Positions 18,021 through 26,903 of a DNA stretch of 64,000 bases are shown here, piece by piece; the first letter of the stretch is position 1, and each line of letters opens with the position of its first letter. Origin of the DNA: a virus; IMG/VR virus record IMGVR_UViG_3300029551_000174, positions 62,603 to 126,602 of that record, one strand, 5' to 3'. A program made the translations under genes and the position numbers. The notes below the pieces were generated by a model that saw nothing but the letters and a program-made list of their open reading frames with translations, did not search any database and had not been told where the DNA came from.

Positions 18021-18269
18021 TTATCCCTCCACCTTAATATTGATAGGCTTACCACAATGAGGGCAAGTAAAGATTGGCTTGGTTGGTTCTATTTCATCTT
18101 TAAAGAAGTCACCAACTTTGCACCCTAATACATCAGCAATACGTAGCAATGTCTTCATCGTTGGGTTACGGCTGAGGTTTTGGGTGAAAGTAAATCTTGT
18201 AATACCCATTTCTTTTGCTACCTGTTCGATAGTAAATCCCTTTTCTTTGATAATTGTTTTAACGTCCAT
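18021..18269 (-). CDS. XRE-family HTH regulator with C-terminal zinc ribbon (CPHCGKPI), copy 2
   Basis: HTH (FTIEQVAKEMGITRFTFTQNLSRNPTMKTLLRIADVLG) followed by C-x-x-C. Confidence 0.7.
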   Translation of the reverse strand: MDVKTIIKEKGFTIEQVAKEMGITRFTFTQNLSRNPTMKTLLRIADVLGCKVGDFFKDEIEPTKPIFTCPHCGKPINIKVEG

Positions 18270-18454
18270 ATTTCTTATATATATTAATGTGAGACTTTAT
18301 TTTGTGTGCAAAGATAATACATATAAATGAAACTACCAAATTTTTTCTTTGTTTTGTGCAGGTAAGTTCTAACAATGTGAATAAAAGTAAAGAATAAAAT
18401 CTAAATTATCTTATTTTGTTAATGATTGTTTATATTCTAACATTTTCTCTCAAA

Positions 18455-18497
18455 TTGTTTGGTATGTTAGAATATATTTTGTATCTTTGCATCGTGA
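18455..18497 (+). promoter_or_regulatory. Bacteroidetes promoter (-7 'ttgtatctttgca') plus the shared leader 'tcgtgattaagaaacaaaggt'
   Basis: Consensus. The leader resembles the 22805 and 44465 cassettes. Confidence 0.5.
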
Positions 18498-18549
18498 TTA
18501 AGAAACAAAGGTCACAAGAACATTATTAATTTAGTTGAGGCAGCGCCTC

Positions 18550-18573
18550 CGTGTTCGGCACACGTAAAACGGT
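18550..18573 (+). promoter_or_regulatory. Leader hairpin variant (cgtg-ttcggca-cacg + taaaacggt)
   Basis: Pairs with the 1944-1966 variant. Confidence 0.5.
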
Positions 18574-18581
18574 ATAGCAAT

Positions 18582-18764
18582 ATGACTACTTCAATGATAA
18601 GAAGAAACTTGATTCAGAAGTTCGTTATGACAGAGTTCGTAAGCAACAGAATGAACACCCAAAAGGACGTTGATAGAATGTTGAATATGATAACAATAAA
18701 GCTCAATATGAACAACGATGAGGCTAAGAGCTTCTTGCGTGAGAGCATCGGACTTGCAAAGTAA
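18582..18764 (+). CDS. hypothetical small protein
   Basis: 60-aa ORF after the leader hairpin. Confidence 0.4.
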   Translation: MTTSMIRRNLIQKFVMTEFVSNRMNTQKDVDRMLNMITIKLNMNNDEAKSFLRESIGLAK

Positions 18765-18798
18765 GTAATTTAAGTTTAACGTTTAAAATTGAAAGATT

Positions 18799-19128
18799 AT
18801 GGCTACTACATTTAAGAATATGATGAGAGAAGTGATGAAGCTTGCTTGGCAGTTCATCAAGAAGAATGGCTACACAATGAGCGAGGCTTTAAAGGTCGCT
18901 TGGATGAACATCAAGCTGAAGGGTCAGATGAAGAAGCGCATCGTGAAGTTCTACTTCCAGAAGGTTGATGGCAGCTTGCGTGAGGCATTCGGCACATTGA
19001 GCGAGAAGGTTATCCCAGCTACACAGGGTGCAGGTCGCAAGATGAATGACACTTGCCAAGTGTACTTTGATACCGAGAAAGAAGAATGGCGTTGCTTCAA
19101 GAAGGCAAACCTTATGAGAGTTGCATAA
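18799..19128 (+). CDS. hypothetical protein (paralog of 1975..2313)
   Basis: Alignment. Confidence 0.6.
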   Translation: MATTFKNMMREVMKLAWQFIKKNGYTMSEALKVAWMNIKLKGQMKKRIVKFYFQKVDGSLREAFGTLSEKVIPATQGAGRKMNDTCQVYFDTEKEEWRCFKKANLMRVA

Positions 19129-19160
19129 CAGATTTCTAACGATTTAAAAAGAAACTAGAT

Positions 19161-19460
19161 ATGAGCGCAAAGATTATCGTGATGCAAGGCAACATGGTTG
19201 CAACCATCGAAGAGACGAACAAGGACGCATTTCTCAAGCGTGGAGAGTATAAAGAGACCGATCTGGACAGACATAAGCGTGAGGTCGATTTCTTGATTAC
19301 AAGCATCGCTAACCGCTACGAAGTGACATTCAATCACAAGGTAGAGCTGAAGGAAAGCCGAAGCATCAAGAAAAGCGAGTATTTCGATAACATCTACTAC
19401 GTTACCGAGAATGCATTGAACAAGCTGAAAAAGCAATACTCATACGAGTGTGACTTGTAA
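19161..19460 (+). CDS. hypothetical protein
   Basis: ORF in series. Confidence 0.45.
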   Translation: MSAKIIVMQGNMVATIEETNKDAFLKRGEYKETDLDRHKREVDFLITSIANRYEVTFNHKVELKESRSIKKSEYFDNIYYVTENALNKLKKQYSYECDL

Positions 19461-19467
19461 TAGATTT

Positions 19468-19490
19468 CGTGAGGCACACGCTAAACTGCA
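19468..19490 (+). promoter_or_regulatory. Conserved hairpin element (cgtg-aggca-cacg + ctaaactg)
   Basis: Motif family. Directly after the stop of 19161..19460. Confidence 0.5.
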
Positions 19491-19521
19491 CCGGACTTTG
19501 GACATTAAATATTTAAGAGAT

Positions 19522-19821
19522 ATGGATAAGAATTTGATGGATGCTCTTTACGTTGAGCATGATGGCAAGATTGGCGTTTTAAGCTCAGATGAGTACAAGG
19601 TGGTATCACAGGTTATCGGCACGGATTTGACGCTTGTGTACGACAAGAAAGAGGGTAATACGTACCTTTTGATACCACTAACCCGAAAACATAAGTTCGA
19701 ATGCAATTGTAGTCACATTATCGTGGATGGCAAGCGGTTCGATTCTGACATCTTTTTCCGCAAGGATGCTTGCCAATGGATTCAGATGCAATCAAAAGAA
19801 ATGCTATTAATGGTAGCGTAA
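19522..19821 (+). CDS. hypothetical protein (paralog of 2661..2957)
   Basis: Start moved to the internal ATG matching the paralog N-terminus (MDKNLMDALYVEHDGKIGVL). Confidence 0.55.
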   Translation: MDKNLMDALYVEHDGKIGVLSSDEYKVVSQVIGTDLTLVYDKKEGNTYLLIPLTRKHKFECNCSHIIVDGKRFDSDIFFRKDACQWIQMQSKEMLLMVA

Positions 19822-19832
19822 CATAAAATTAA

Positions 19833-19858
19833 GGTGAGGCACACTTGAACAACTGCAC
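19833..19858 (+). promoter_or_regulatory. Conserved hairpin element (ggtg-aggca-cac + ttgaacaactg)
   Basis: Motif family. Confidence 0.45.
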
Positions 19859-20276
19859 ATTATCTTTGAGGTTTAACAATTAATTCCGTGAGCAATGGAA
19901 AGAAGAAGTAATGTGCAGCACCGTGCCTTGAAAGTTGGTCGTGCTGGCGATGGCAGAAGTCCTCCAATGTCAAACGAATGTTAATGTTTTAAATAAAACA
20001 CTAAAGCATTTGCAAGTTAGAGAAAATAGCATTAACTTTGCAGCCGAAAGTTATAATGGTTGTGAAGCGAAGAGCACGACTGGAAAGAAATTGAGAATTG
20101 TAAAAATAACACATAAATTTCATTTACTCCAAGCGTGGAGTATCGTCATTCCGTCCTTCTCTTCGCTTTAATGGATGGTTGACACAAGCCCTGTCCGCAC
20201 TTTCCACATTAGCGGATGGGGCTTTTCGTTTCCACCACAGCCAAATGTAATTATTAACAATTTAAATTTTAGGTAA

Positions 20277-21158
20277 ATGACATTAGAATTTAACAAAACT
20301 GATGTAAATGTAGAGGCTTTACCAGTAGTCTCAGAGTTCCTTAACAAAGAAAAGAGAGGTATTGAAGTTGTAGAGATTATCGAGCATGACGGCAAACAAG
20401 CCGTGAACGCAAGGGAGCTGCACCAAAAGTTGGGCAGTAAGCAAGACTTTTCAACATGGATTAAAAATCGCATAGAAAAGTATGGATTCGTTGAAAATCA
20501 AGATTTTGAAGTTTTCCACAAAATTATGGAAAACTCAAATGGTGGTCGAAGTCGTATTGAGTATGCCTTATCTTTGGATATGGCAAAGGAGTTGTGTATG
20601 ATAGAGAACAATGAGCAAGGTAGATTGTTCCGTAAGTACTTCATCGAAGTCGAGAAAGTTGCCAGAGTCAAGTACGAGCAGGAGAAGCTGGACAAGAAGG
20701 CTTCCGATTCCTTTGACATCAAGCTGAAGTGGTTGAACTTTCTTCCTGGTTATCTGAACCTCAGCGATGTTTCCAAATTGGCGATGGCTAAGAAAATTGC
20801 TGAACCATTAGGGTTGCCGACACCTGATTATGTGAGCGCACCGAATGGTGCAAAGCATTCCGCTACGGAGTTATTGAAATCTCATGGTGTAGGCTTGTCT
20901 GCTCGAAAGTTCAATGAGTTGGCGGTAAAGGCAGGATTATTGAAGCTAAAAGAGCGCAAGGGTACGAACAAGGTACACAAGTATTGTGAGATTACCAAGA
21001 AAGGATTGGCTTATGGTGAGAACGACATCAACGAGAAGAATATGAATCAAACACAACCACATTGGTATGATTCTAAATTTGGGGAGGTATTGGAAATCAT
21101 CGGCTACAAGTCATCCAAGCAAGTAGATATGTTTGCAAGCGGTGAGACACACGATTAA
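20277..21158 (+). CDS. Phage antirepressor, Bro-N domain protein
   Basis: N-terminus (VEIIEHDGKQAVNARELHQKLGSKQDFSTWIKNRIEKYGFVENQDF) is ~90% identical to 3073..3999. The C-terminus differs and matches 16936..17688. Confidence 0.75.
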   Translation: MTLEFNKTDVNVEALPVVSEFLNKEKRGIEVVEIIEHDGKQAVNARELHQKLGSKQDFSTWIKNRIEKYGFVENQDFEVFHKIMENSNGGRSRIEYALSLDMAKELCMIENNEQGRLFRKYFIEVEKVARVKYEQEKLDKKASDSFDIKLKWLNFLPGYLNLSDVSKLAMAKKIAEPLGLPTPDYVSAPNGAKHSATELLKSHGVGLSARKFNELAVKAGLLKLKERKGTNKVHKYCEITKKGLAYGENDINEKNMNQTQPHWYDSKFGEVLEIIGYKSSKQVDMFASGETHD

Positions 21159-21165
21159 ACTGTAG
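21141..21165 (+). promoter_or_regulatory. Conserved hairpin element overlapping the 3' end of the antirepressor gene (ggtg-agaca-cacg + attaaactgtag)
   Basis: Encodes SGETHD*. Confidence 0.5.
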
Positions 21166-21277
21166 TAATATTGATATATAATCGAGAAGGAGGGGAATGC
21201 GTGATGCACTCTCCTCTTTTTTATGTCTGAAAGTTTTTGTTTTTCACAATATAGATAAGTGTTGTTAAACTGAATGC

Positions 21278-21317
21278 TAATTTTTGGTAGAGTGGAATAT
21301 AATAGTTATCTTTGTGG
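21278..21317 (+). promoter_or_regulatory. Bacteroidetes promoter (-7 'ttatctttgtgg')
   Basis: Consensus upstream of thyX. Confidence 0.45.
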
Positions 21318-21341
21318 TCGAATTTCAAAACTTATAAGGAT

Positions 21342-22238
21342 ATGAAGATATTAGAACCGAGATATGAAATCCTATCCCAAGGCAAGGGCATGGATGGAGT
21401 TTACAAGCAGATAGAGTTATGCGGTCGCACTTGCTATGCGTCAAGTATGAAGATAGACAAAGACAGCGCAAAGCCTTTCGTAGAGCGTATGGTAAGCAGC
21501 AACCATCTTGCCATGTGTGAACATGGAACAATTTATCTCCATGTTGCTTACGATAATGACTTCTTTGTTCCGGAGTCTCTACTGGTAAAACACTATCGTG
21601 AGAACAAGTATTCCAAGGTGATGCAGATAGGTAACGATTACTATATTACGACTAACTACAGAGTTATAGTAGAGAATGAATGGTTTGAGGATTTGGACTA
21701 TATTTGCGATCCTACGGAATGGCATGAGAAGCGAATAACAGTCCGCTTTACTACTCAGATTGCGGTAAGTAGAGAGGCTAACAGACATCGTGTAGATTCC
21801 GTAGCGGAACAAAGCACCCGATATTGCAACTATAGTAAAGATAAGTTCGGAGGAGAGATTGCTATCAACAAGCCAAAGTGGGTTAGCGAAGATGATGCGG
21901 TTAATCCATCGTCTTTTGATGGTGGAACATTTGTTGACCTATCAAAGAACATCGGTAGTTATGAGCATTGGAGTCCGGTAGAAAAATGGTGGTTTGCAAA
22001 TAGAGTATGCGAAATGATGTATTTGTCTTTGGTCAAGGATGATGGTCTTAAACCACAGGATGCGAGAACGATACTTCCTCTTGATACCAACACGGAGTTG
22101 ATTCATACAGCATTCGTGAGTGATTGGCTTCATTTCTTCGATTTGCGATCAAAAGGAACTACCGGAAAGCCTCATCCAGATATTGAGGTCTTGGCAACCC
22201 CATTGATGAATGAGTTCAAGGAACGAGGTTTGATTTAA
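21342..22238 (+). CDS. thyX: Flavin-dependent thymidylate synthase ThyX
   Basis: ThyX motif RHRxxxxxxxS (ANRHRVDSVAEQSTRY). Start moved to the ATG downstream of the promoter. Confidence 0.8.
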   Translation: MKILEPRYEILSQGKGMDGVYKQIELCGRTCYASSMKIDKDSAKPFVERMVSSNHLAMCEHGTIYLHVAYDNDFFVPESLLVKHYRENKYSKVMQIGNDYYITTNYRVIVENEWFEDLDYICDPTEWHEKRITVRFTTQIAVSREANRHRVDSVAEQSTRYCNYSKDKFGGEIAINKPKWVSEDDAVNPSSFDGGTFVDLSKNIGSYEHWSPVEKWWFANRVCEMMYLSLVKDDGLKPQDARTILPLDTNTELIHTAFVSDWLHFFDLRSKGTTGKPHPDIEVLATPLMNEFKERGLI

Positions 22239-22244
22239 TCGCTT

Positions 22245-22715
22245 ATGAAGAAGAAAGCCAAGCAAATAGCCAATGTGATGAGCAATGACTCTTTGGAGGT
22301 TGTTGCTCAGATGATTGTTGATGAGGCTAAAGGTGTGCGCTATGAAGTGTATGCTGATGGCTCTAGTAAGAACAACAAGTGTGGTTGCGGTTGGCTTGTG
22401 CTTCATAAGGGAGCGATTATCAAAAGTGGGAAATATACATTTATCACAGCCAAAGTGAACGATTCGGTGAGAGCCGAAATAAGGGCGGTCATTCAAGCAT
22501 TGGGTGATTGCCCTCTTTTGTGTTCTGTTGATGTATATGTGGATTGCCAAGTGGCTATAGAGAGAATACAGGCTTGCAAGTTAGGAGACTTACAGCCTAT
22601 ATATAATAAGGTAGCGAAAGGCAAGGTGATAAGATACCATTGGGTTAAGGCTCATAGAGGTAATATGTATAATGAAATGGTGGATTCTTTGGCTTTTTCT
22701 GCTACAGAAAGTTAA
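22245..22715 (+). CDS. rnhA: Ribonuclease HI
   Basis: VYADGSS... catalytic Asp, and HWVKAHRGNMYNEMVDSLA, typical of the RNase H fold. Confidence 0.7.
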   Translation: MKKKAKQIANVMSNDSLEVVAQMIVDEAKGVRYEVYADGSSKNNKCGCGWLVLHKGAIIKSGKYTFITAKVNDSVRAEIRAVIQALGDCPLLCSVDVYVDCQVAIERIQACKLGDLQPIYNKVAKGKVIRYHWVKAHRGNMYNEMVDSLAFSATES

Positions 22716-22759
22716 TTTTGCGCCTACATATATAATAAGCGTTAAAATGCAAAAGAAAT

Positions 22760-22812
22760 ACATTAAATAATTTGCATATTTCGATAATTCTTTGTATCTT
22801 TGCATCGTAATT
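22760..22812 (+). promoter_or_regulatory. Bacteroidetes promoter (ataatttgca ... tgtatctttgca), part of the repeated promoter-leader cassette
   Basis: Consensus. 22741-22862 is ~97% identical to 44401-44527. Confidence 0.6.
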
Positions 22813-22837
22813 AAGAAACAAGGTTACTAATTAAAAA

Positions 22838-22861
22838 GGTGAGACACACCGTAAAAACTGT
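22838..22861 (+). promoter_or_regulatory. Conserved leader hairpin element (ggtg-agaca-cacc + gtaaaaactgt)
   Basis: Motif family. Confidence 0.55.
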
Positions 22862-22869
22862 GATTCGTT

Positions 22870-23091
22870 ATGAATACTAGATTGAGTAAGAAAGAAACAA
22901 TGGTTTATGGCAATATCGAAGTGATGGCTGATGTAATTGGTGGTAACAAGTACTTTACATTTGCTGAGTTGTATGATTTCGATTTGGATAATACCAAGGA
23001 TGAGTTGAAAGAAATGTTAAACTCTTTGACAGAGAAAGGTTACTTGAAGAGTTTTCACGATTTCTACGAAACTTATCGAGTTTTAAAGTAA
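22870..23091 (+). CDS. hypothetical protein
   Basis: First ORF after the promoter-leader cassette. Confidence 0.45.
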   Translation: MNTRLSKKETMVYGNIEVMADVIGGNKYFTFAELYDFDLDNTKDELKEMLNSLTEKGYLKSFHDFYETYRVLK

Positions 23092-23100
23092 GAATAACAA

Positions 23101-23121
23101 AGGGGATATAAAATCCCCTTA
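23101..23121 (+). terminator. Hairpin (aagggga-tataaaa-tcccctt)
   Basis: Perfect 7-bp stem. Confidence 0.45.
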
Positions 23122-23137
23122 CAATATAAATTTAGAA

Positions 23138-23160
23138 CGTGAGACACACGTAAAACTGTA
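23138..23160 (+). promoter_or_regulatory. Conserved hairpin element (cgtg-agaca-cacg + taaaactgta)
   Basis: Motif family. Confidence 0.5.
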
Positions 23161-23257
23161 TTGAAACAATGAAAAAGGTATTCACAATTGAGAATGCGTT
23201 AGCGTTTTTATTTGCTCTTGAAATAGTATCTTTAATTTATTTTCTAGGATAGGGCTT

Positions 23258-23476
23258 ATGCAGATTAAGTTTGGCAAAATAAAGTTTACTGCGGCTAAGT
23301 CCGAAAAAGGATGCCGCTTTGATGCTTGCTACAAAGGTGAGCATGTGGCTTTTGAGAGTGAAGATATGTCTTTGTATGATGATGTTTTTTCTGATAATAA
23401 CAGAAGAGCAAAGGCTGCAAAGAGGGTGGTTTACGAGAATATAAAACACAAGTATTATGAAAATCATAGAGATTAG
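23258..23476 (+). CDS. hypothetical protein
   Basis: ORF. Confidence 0.35.
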   Translation: MQIKFGKIKFTAAKSEKGCRFDACYKGEHVAFESEDMSLYDDVFSDNNRRAKAAKRVVYENIKHKYYENHRD

Positions 23477-23891
23477 CGATTTCAACGCTGCCGATGAATT
23501 TGTCGTTGAGGCTATGATGCATGATGGCAAATTCAAGGTTATCGGCAAGGTTATTATTGATAATAATCTTCTGAATGATGATGATTTGGGAACCATCTGG
23601 CATTGTGCCAATTGGCGAACGAATGGCTATGAAAAGATGGTTGTCCCTAATGGGGTGTACAAAGGCTTAAATGCATTTAGTGATGGTCGAATGTTCTATG
23701 TAATTACGGATGATGAGGTCGGAGTGGTTAACGAGAACATTATGGTACGTAAGCATTACGATGTCAATAATGGCTATTACATCAAGTCTCCTAGGTTACA
23801 CAAGGAGCAATCCAAGTACTTATGGTGCTTTGGTAGCCGTGAGACCATAACTAGAGAATATAAGTCAAACCATTTTATATGTGGTAAGTGA
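23457..23891 (+). CDS. hypothetical protein
   Basis: ORF. Confidence 0.45.
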   Translation: MKIIEISDFNAADEFVVEAMMHDGKFKVIGKVIIDNNLLNDDDLGTIWHCANWRTNGYEKMVVPNGVYKGLNAFSDGRMFYVITDDEVGVVNENIMVRKHYDVNNGYYIKSPRLHKEQSKYLWCFGSRETITREYKSNHFICGK

Positions 23892-24145
23892 TGGCAAAAA
23901 AGATTAATCATATTAAGCCTTCCTTCATTGAAGGTGGTGAAGTCTGGCATGATATTGATAAGTTCCCGATGCTAGACCACACTATTCTAGTTGAGTTACA
24001 GGTAAAAGGCTCAGACGGATTGATTTACCGGACGCAAGCTGTATGTGTTGAACGTGCAAATAGATTTGAGCCTACGATGTCTTTTGTCCCTAAGCGTTGG
24101 GCGTATGCGATAGACTTAGCTCAATGTAAGAAAGTGGAAGGATAA
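23888..24145 (+). CDS. hypothetical protein
   Basis: 4-nt overlap with the upstream gene (translational coupling). Confidence 0.45.
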   Translation: MMAKKINHIKPSFIEGGEVWHDIDKFPMLDHTILVELQVKGSDGLIYRTQAVCVERANRFEPTMSFVPKRWAYAIDLAQCKKVEG

Positions 24146-24172
24146 AATAAAATACAAATTAAGAATAAGCAT

Positions 24173-24523
24173 ATGGAAGAATCGAGAGGTGTTTACACAT
24201 TACCAGTCTTGTATAATGAGCAAAGTGGTACAAACGAAGGTGTATGTGTAAGAAAAGAACTTGGAGTAGTTGTTGCAATCGACAATGAAGATGAGTTTAA
24301 GGGTGTTTTTTCAAAGGACGGTGAGGTTGATGTATTCAAGCAGTTACTATCACAAGAAGTGTATCGTTACTATACAGAGCACAACGCATTCCCTACTGGG
24401 CCTTTGGTTTCTTACAAGGTGGATGGCGACATCATCTTTGATTACGTTGAAGTAACTATTGGAAAGATGTATGGTGGTTATGTATATATTGTGCATTACA
24501 ACTTTGCAAGCACGGCATCATAA
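24173..24523 (+). CDS. hypothetical protein
   Basis: ORF. Confidence 0.45.
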   Translation: MEESRGVYTLPVLYNEQSGTNEGVCVRKELGVVVAIDNEDEFKGVFSKDGEVDVFKQLLSQEVYRYYTEHNAFPTGPLVSYKVDGDIIFDYVEVTIGKMYGGYVYIVHYNFASTAS

Positions 24524-24699
24524 GAAACAAGTTTGATTATGACATTAATAATAGATAGAATTAAGATTTCGGCTCAGATTAAAGTGTTGGAGGATATTGC
24601 TGTTGACTATAAGGGTAAGACAATAGATAACATCATCCAACAGCTAGAAGCAAGATTGAGTGTGCTGAAATAAGTTCAAATTCCAGTAGTTGGAAGATT

Positions 24700-25056
24700 A
24701 TGAGTGGTGGACGTTTTGATTATGCTCAGTATAGGATTGCTGACATATATACAAAGATAGAAGATTATATTGATGGTCATCCATTGGATGAGGAAGATGA
24801 AAGATGTTTTCTCGAAGACCGATGGTTAGAGGAGGATGAAGACAAGTATGTTAGAAAGCATCATCATACGATGCCTAACAAATACGGCTTGTCTAAAGAG
24901 ACTATCAAGGAATTTAAGAAGGGCGTTGAACTTCTGAAGAAAGCTCAGGTTTATGCCCAAAGAATTGATTACCTTCTTTCCGGTGATGATGGAGAAGATA
25001 ATTTCCATCTACGTTTGAAAGAGGATTTGGCAAATTTAAAAAGTAAAAAAGGATAG
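24700..25056 (+). CDS. hypothetical acidic protein
   Basis: D/E-rich (DEEDERCFLEDRWLEEDEDKY). Confidence 0.4.
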   Translation: MSGGRFDYAQYRIADIYTKIEDYIDGHPLDEEDERCFLEDRWLEEDEDKYVRKHHHTMPNKYGLSKETIKEFKKGVELLKKAQVYAQRIDYLLSGDDGEDNFHLRLKEDLANLKSKKG

Positions 25057-25059
25057 ATT

Positions 25060-25554
25060 ATGAGTTGGAATTATCGCTTAGATACACCTATGATGCAATT
25101 AGCTGAAGAGGTGAACAAGAAATATGATACCGATGCAGGTAAGATGCTTCTTTGCACTTATCTCTTCATGGTATCAAGTGAAGAGGTCAAGGACAAACAA
25201 GCTTTCTTTGATTGGGTAGAAGAGCTGAGTAAGTCCTGTAAGTGTGATGCGGTAAGGGAGTACGTGGAAATCAAGGACAAAGCCGATTGGCTGCATGGTG
25301 GATTCAATAAGCCGATTTACCGACACTACAAGGGTAATTTCTATGAGTACCTTGGTGAGGTTACTGATAGCGAGACTTCTGAAGCTAAGGTTGCGTATCA
25401 AGCAGTGTGCGGACAACATGAAGTTTGGGTGCGACCAAAGGATATGTTCTTTGGTAATGTTGAGGTAGATGGTAAGCCGGTTCCTCGGTTTGAGAAGGTT
25501 GATTTAAAAGACTTAGAGAAACAAGCCGAGAGCAATGGACAGAAAAAAGATTAA
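25060..25554 (+). CDS. hypothetical protein with DUF1653-like C-terminal domain
   Basis: YRHYKGNFYEYLGEV...AKVAYQAV.GQHEVWVRPKDMF pattern. Confidence 0.45.
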   Translation: MSWNYRLDTPMMQLAEEVNKKYDTDAGKMLLCTYLFMVSSEEVKDKQAFFDWVEELSKSCKCDAVREYVEIKDKADWLHGGFNKPIYRHYKGNFYEYLGEVTDSETSEAKVAYQAVCGQHEVWVRPKDMFFGNVEVDGKPVPRFEKVDLKDLEKQAESNGQKKD

Positions 25555-25696
25555 GAGTTTGCTAGGTCAAGCAATCTTGCGAGTGAATGAAGTCGTACCG
25601 AATTTCGATGATTTGGATAAGATACTTCCTTTGCTTAGACAGGCGATTGATGAATTAGATAAGTCAGAATCGGGTTCAGTTTAGAAAGGGTGAAAA

Positions 25697-26230
25697 ATGG
25701 CAAATAGGCATACGGTAAAACCAAAGGTAGTTCCTTTTGAGATAGCCAAGCTTCTGAAGGAGGTTGGCTACGATGAGAAGATAGCCGAATTTTGGGCTTA
25801 CGCCAGCCCTTGGACAGCAAAGGGTGGTATTCGTAAGGGTGGAAAATATAGTGAGCATTACGGCAGTTATATTGCTTACTCCAATTCCGAGTGGGAGAAA
25901 TCCAATATTGAGTTTTCTGCTGCATTAAAGTTGAGTAGTAAGCATCCGGCAATATCCGCTCCAAGCTATGATATGGTGCTTGATTGGCTTTTAGAGCATT
26001 TCGGTTATTATATTTGTGTCGCAAATGTCTCGAAAGGAAAGTTCTGTTGGCAAACTACATCATGGCGTGTAGAGGAAGGCTTGTGTCATACGGATGGCAA
26101 GGAGTATTTAGGCAGATACGAGGCGATGGATGCCGCTTTCAAGAGTGTCTTAAAGGCTCGCATTGAGAATAAAGATAACGAGGAAATCAAAAGACTTTTG
26201 GAGGAAATACAAGATGGAAAGACTTTATGA
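25697..26230 (+). CDS. hypothetical protein
   Basis: ORF. Confidence 0.45.
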   Translation: MANRHTVKPKVVPFEIAKLLKEVGYDEKIAEFWAYASPWTAKGGIRKGGKYSEHYGSYIAYSNSEWEKSNIEFSAALKLSSKHPAISAPSYDMVLDWLLEHFGYYICVANVSKGKFCWQTTSWRVEEGLCHTDGKEYLGRYEAMDAAFKSVLKARIENKDNEEIKRLLEEIQDGKTL

Positions 26231-26549
26231 TACTTTTGTACACGCAATAATGATGGAGTTAGAAACTCGTTTATGTATTGAACTCGAATGTGTTTATAAG
26301 AATATAACAAACAAGATTGTTGAGAAGAAAGGTAAACTCACCAACGAAGACGTAATTGAGTTTCAGAAAAAACTACAAGAAGTGTACGACACGAATGCTG
26401 CTATTCGTGAAAAGGTTACTGGTATTAAAGATTTCAAGAATTGCATCTTAACTAAAGAAGCATGTGAAGAGCTAATAAAGCGACTTAGCATGATTAATAT
26501 AAAAGAAAATGAACAAGCAAAGAATGATAGAGTGGATAGCCACTTGTGA
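26214..26549 (+). CDS. hypothetical protein
   Basis: ORF; start uncertain. Confidence 0.4.
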   Translation: MERLYDTFVHAIMMELETRLCIELECVYKNITNKIVEKKGKLTNEDVIEFQKKLQEVYDTNAAIREKVTGIKDFKNCILTKEACEELIKRLSMINIKENEQAKNDRVDSHL

Positions 26550-26889
26550 TACAGGTGGCTCTTCAATGACTATGTGGAGTGCATTGATGGGGGTAAAACG
26601 AAAGAAAGATTTGAATATTCCCAAAGACAATAGTGACTTCCGTAGATGCTATGACATGGTAGAATACGGACACGTAACCTTGGATGAACTACAAGCTGTG
26701 AAGGAGCAGTATCCTTGGTTTGCTCCTGTTGTTGACAATTGGAAGGAATTGTCTCTTCTGTTTGAAGAAGAGCTGGACAAACGCTTGTATATGCGTATTC
26801 GTCAGCTTTGCGAAGAGTCAGATGCTATCCGGTATGAGAAAAAGGGAGAACTTTATTATGAGAGGAAATTTTGGTATAATATAACATAA
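26509..26889 (+). CDS. hypothetical protein
   Basis: ORF. Confidence 0.4.
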   Translation: MNKQRMIEWIATCDTGGSSMTMWSALMGVKRKKDLNIPKDNSDFRRCYDMVEYGHVTLDELQAVKEQYPWFAPVVDNWKELSLLFEEELDKRLYMRIRQLCEESDAIRYEKKGELYYERKFWYNIT

Positions 26890-26903
26890 TAATCAAATTA
26901 AGA

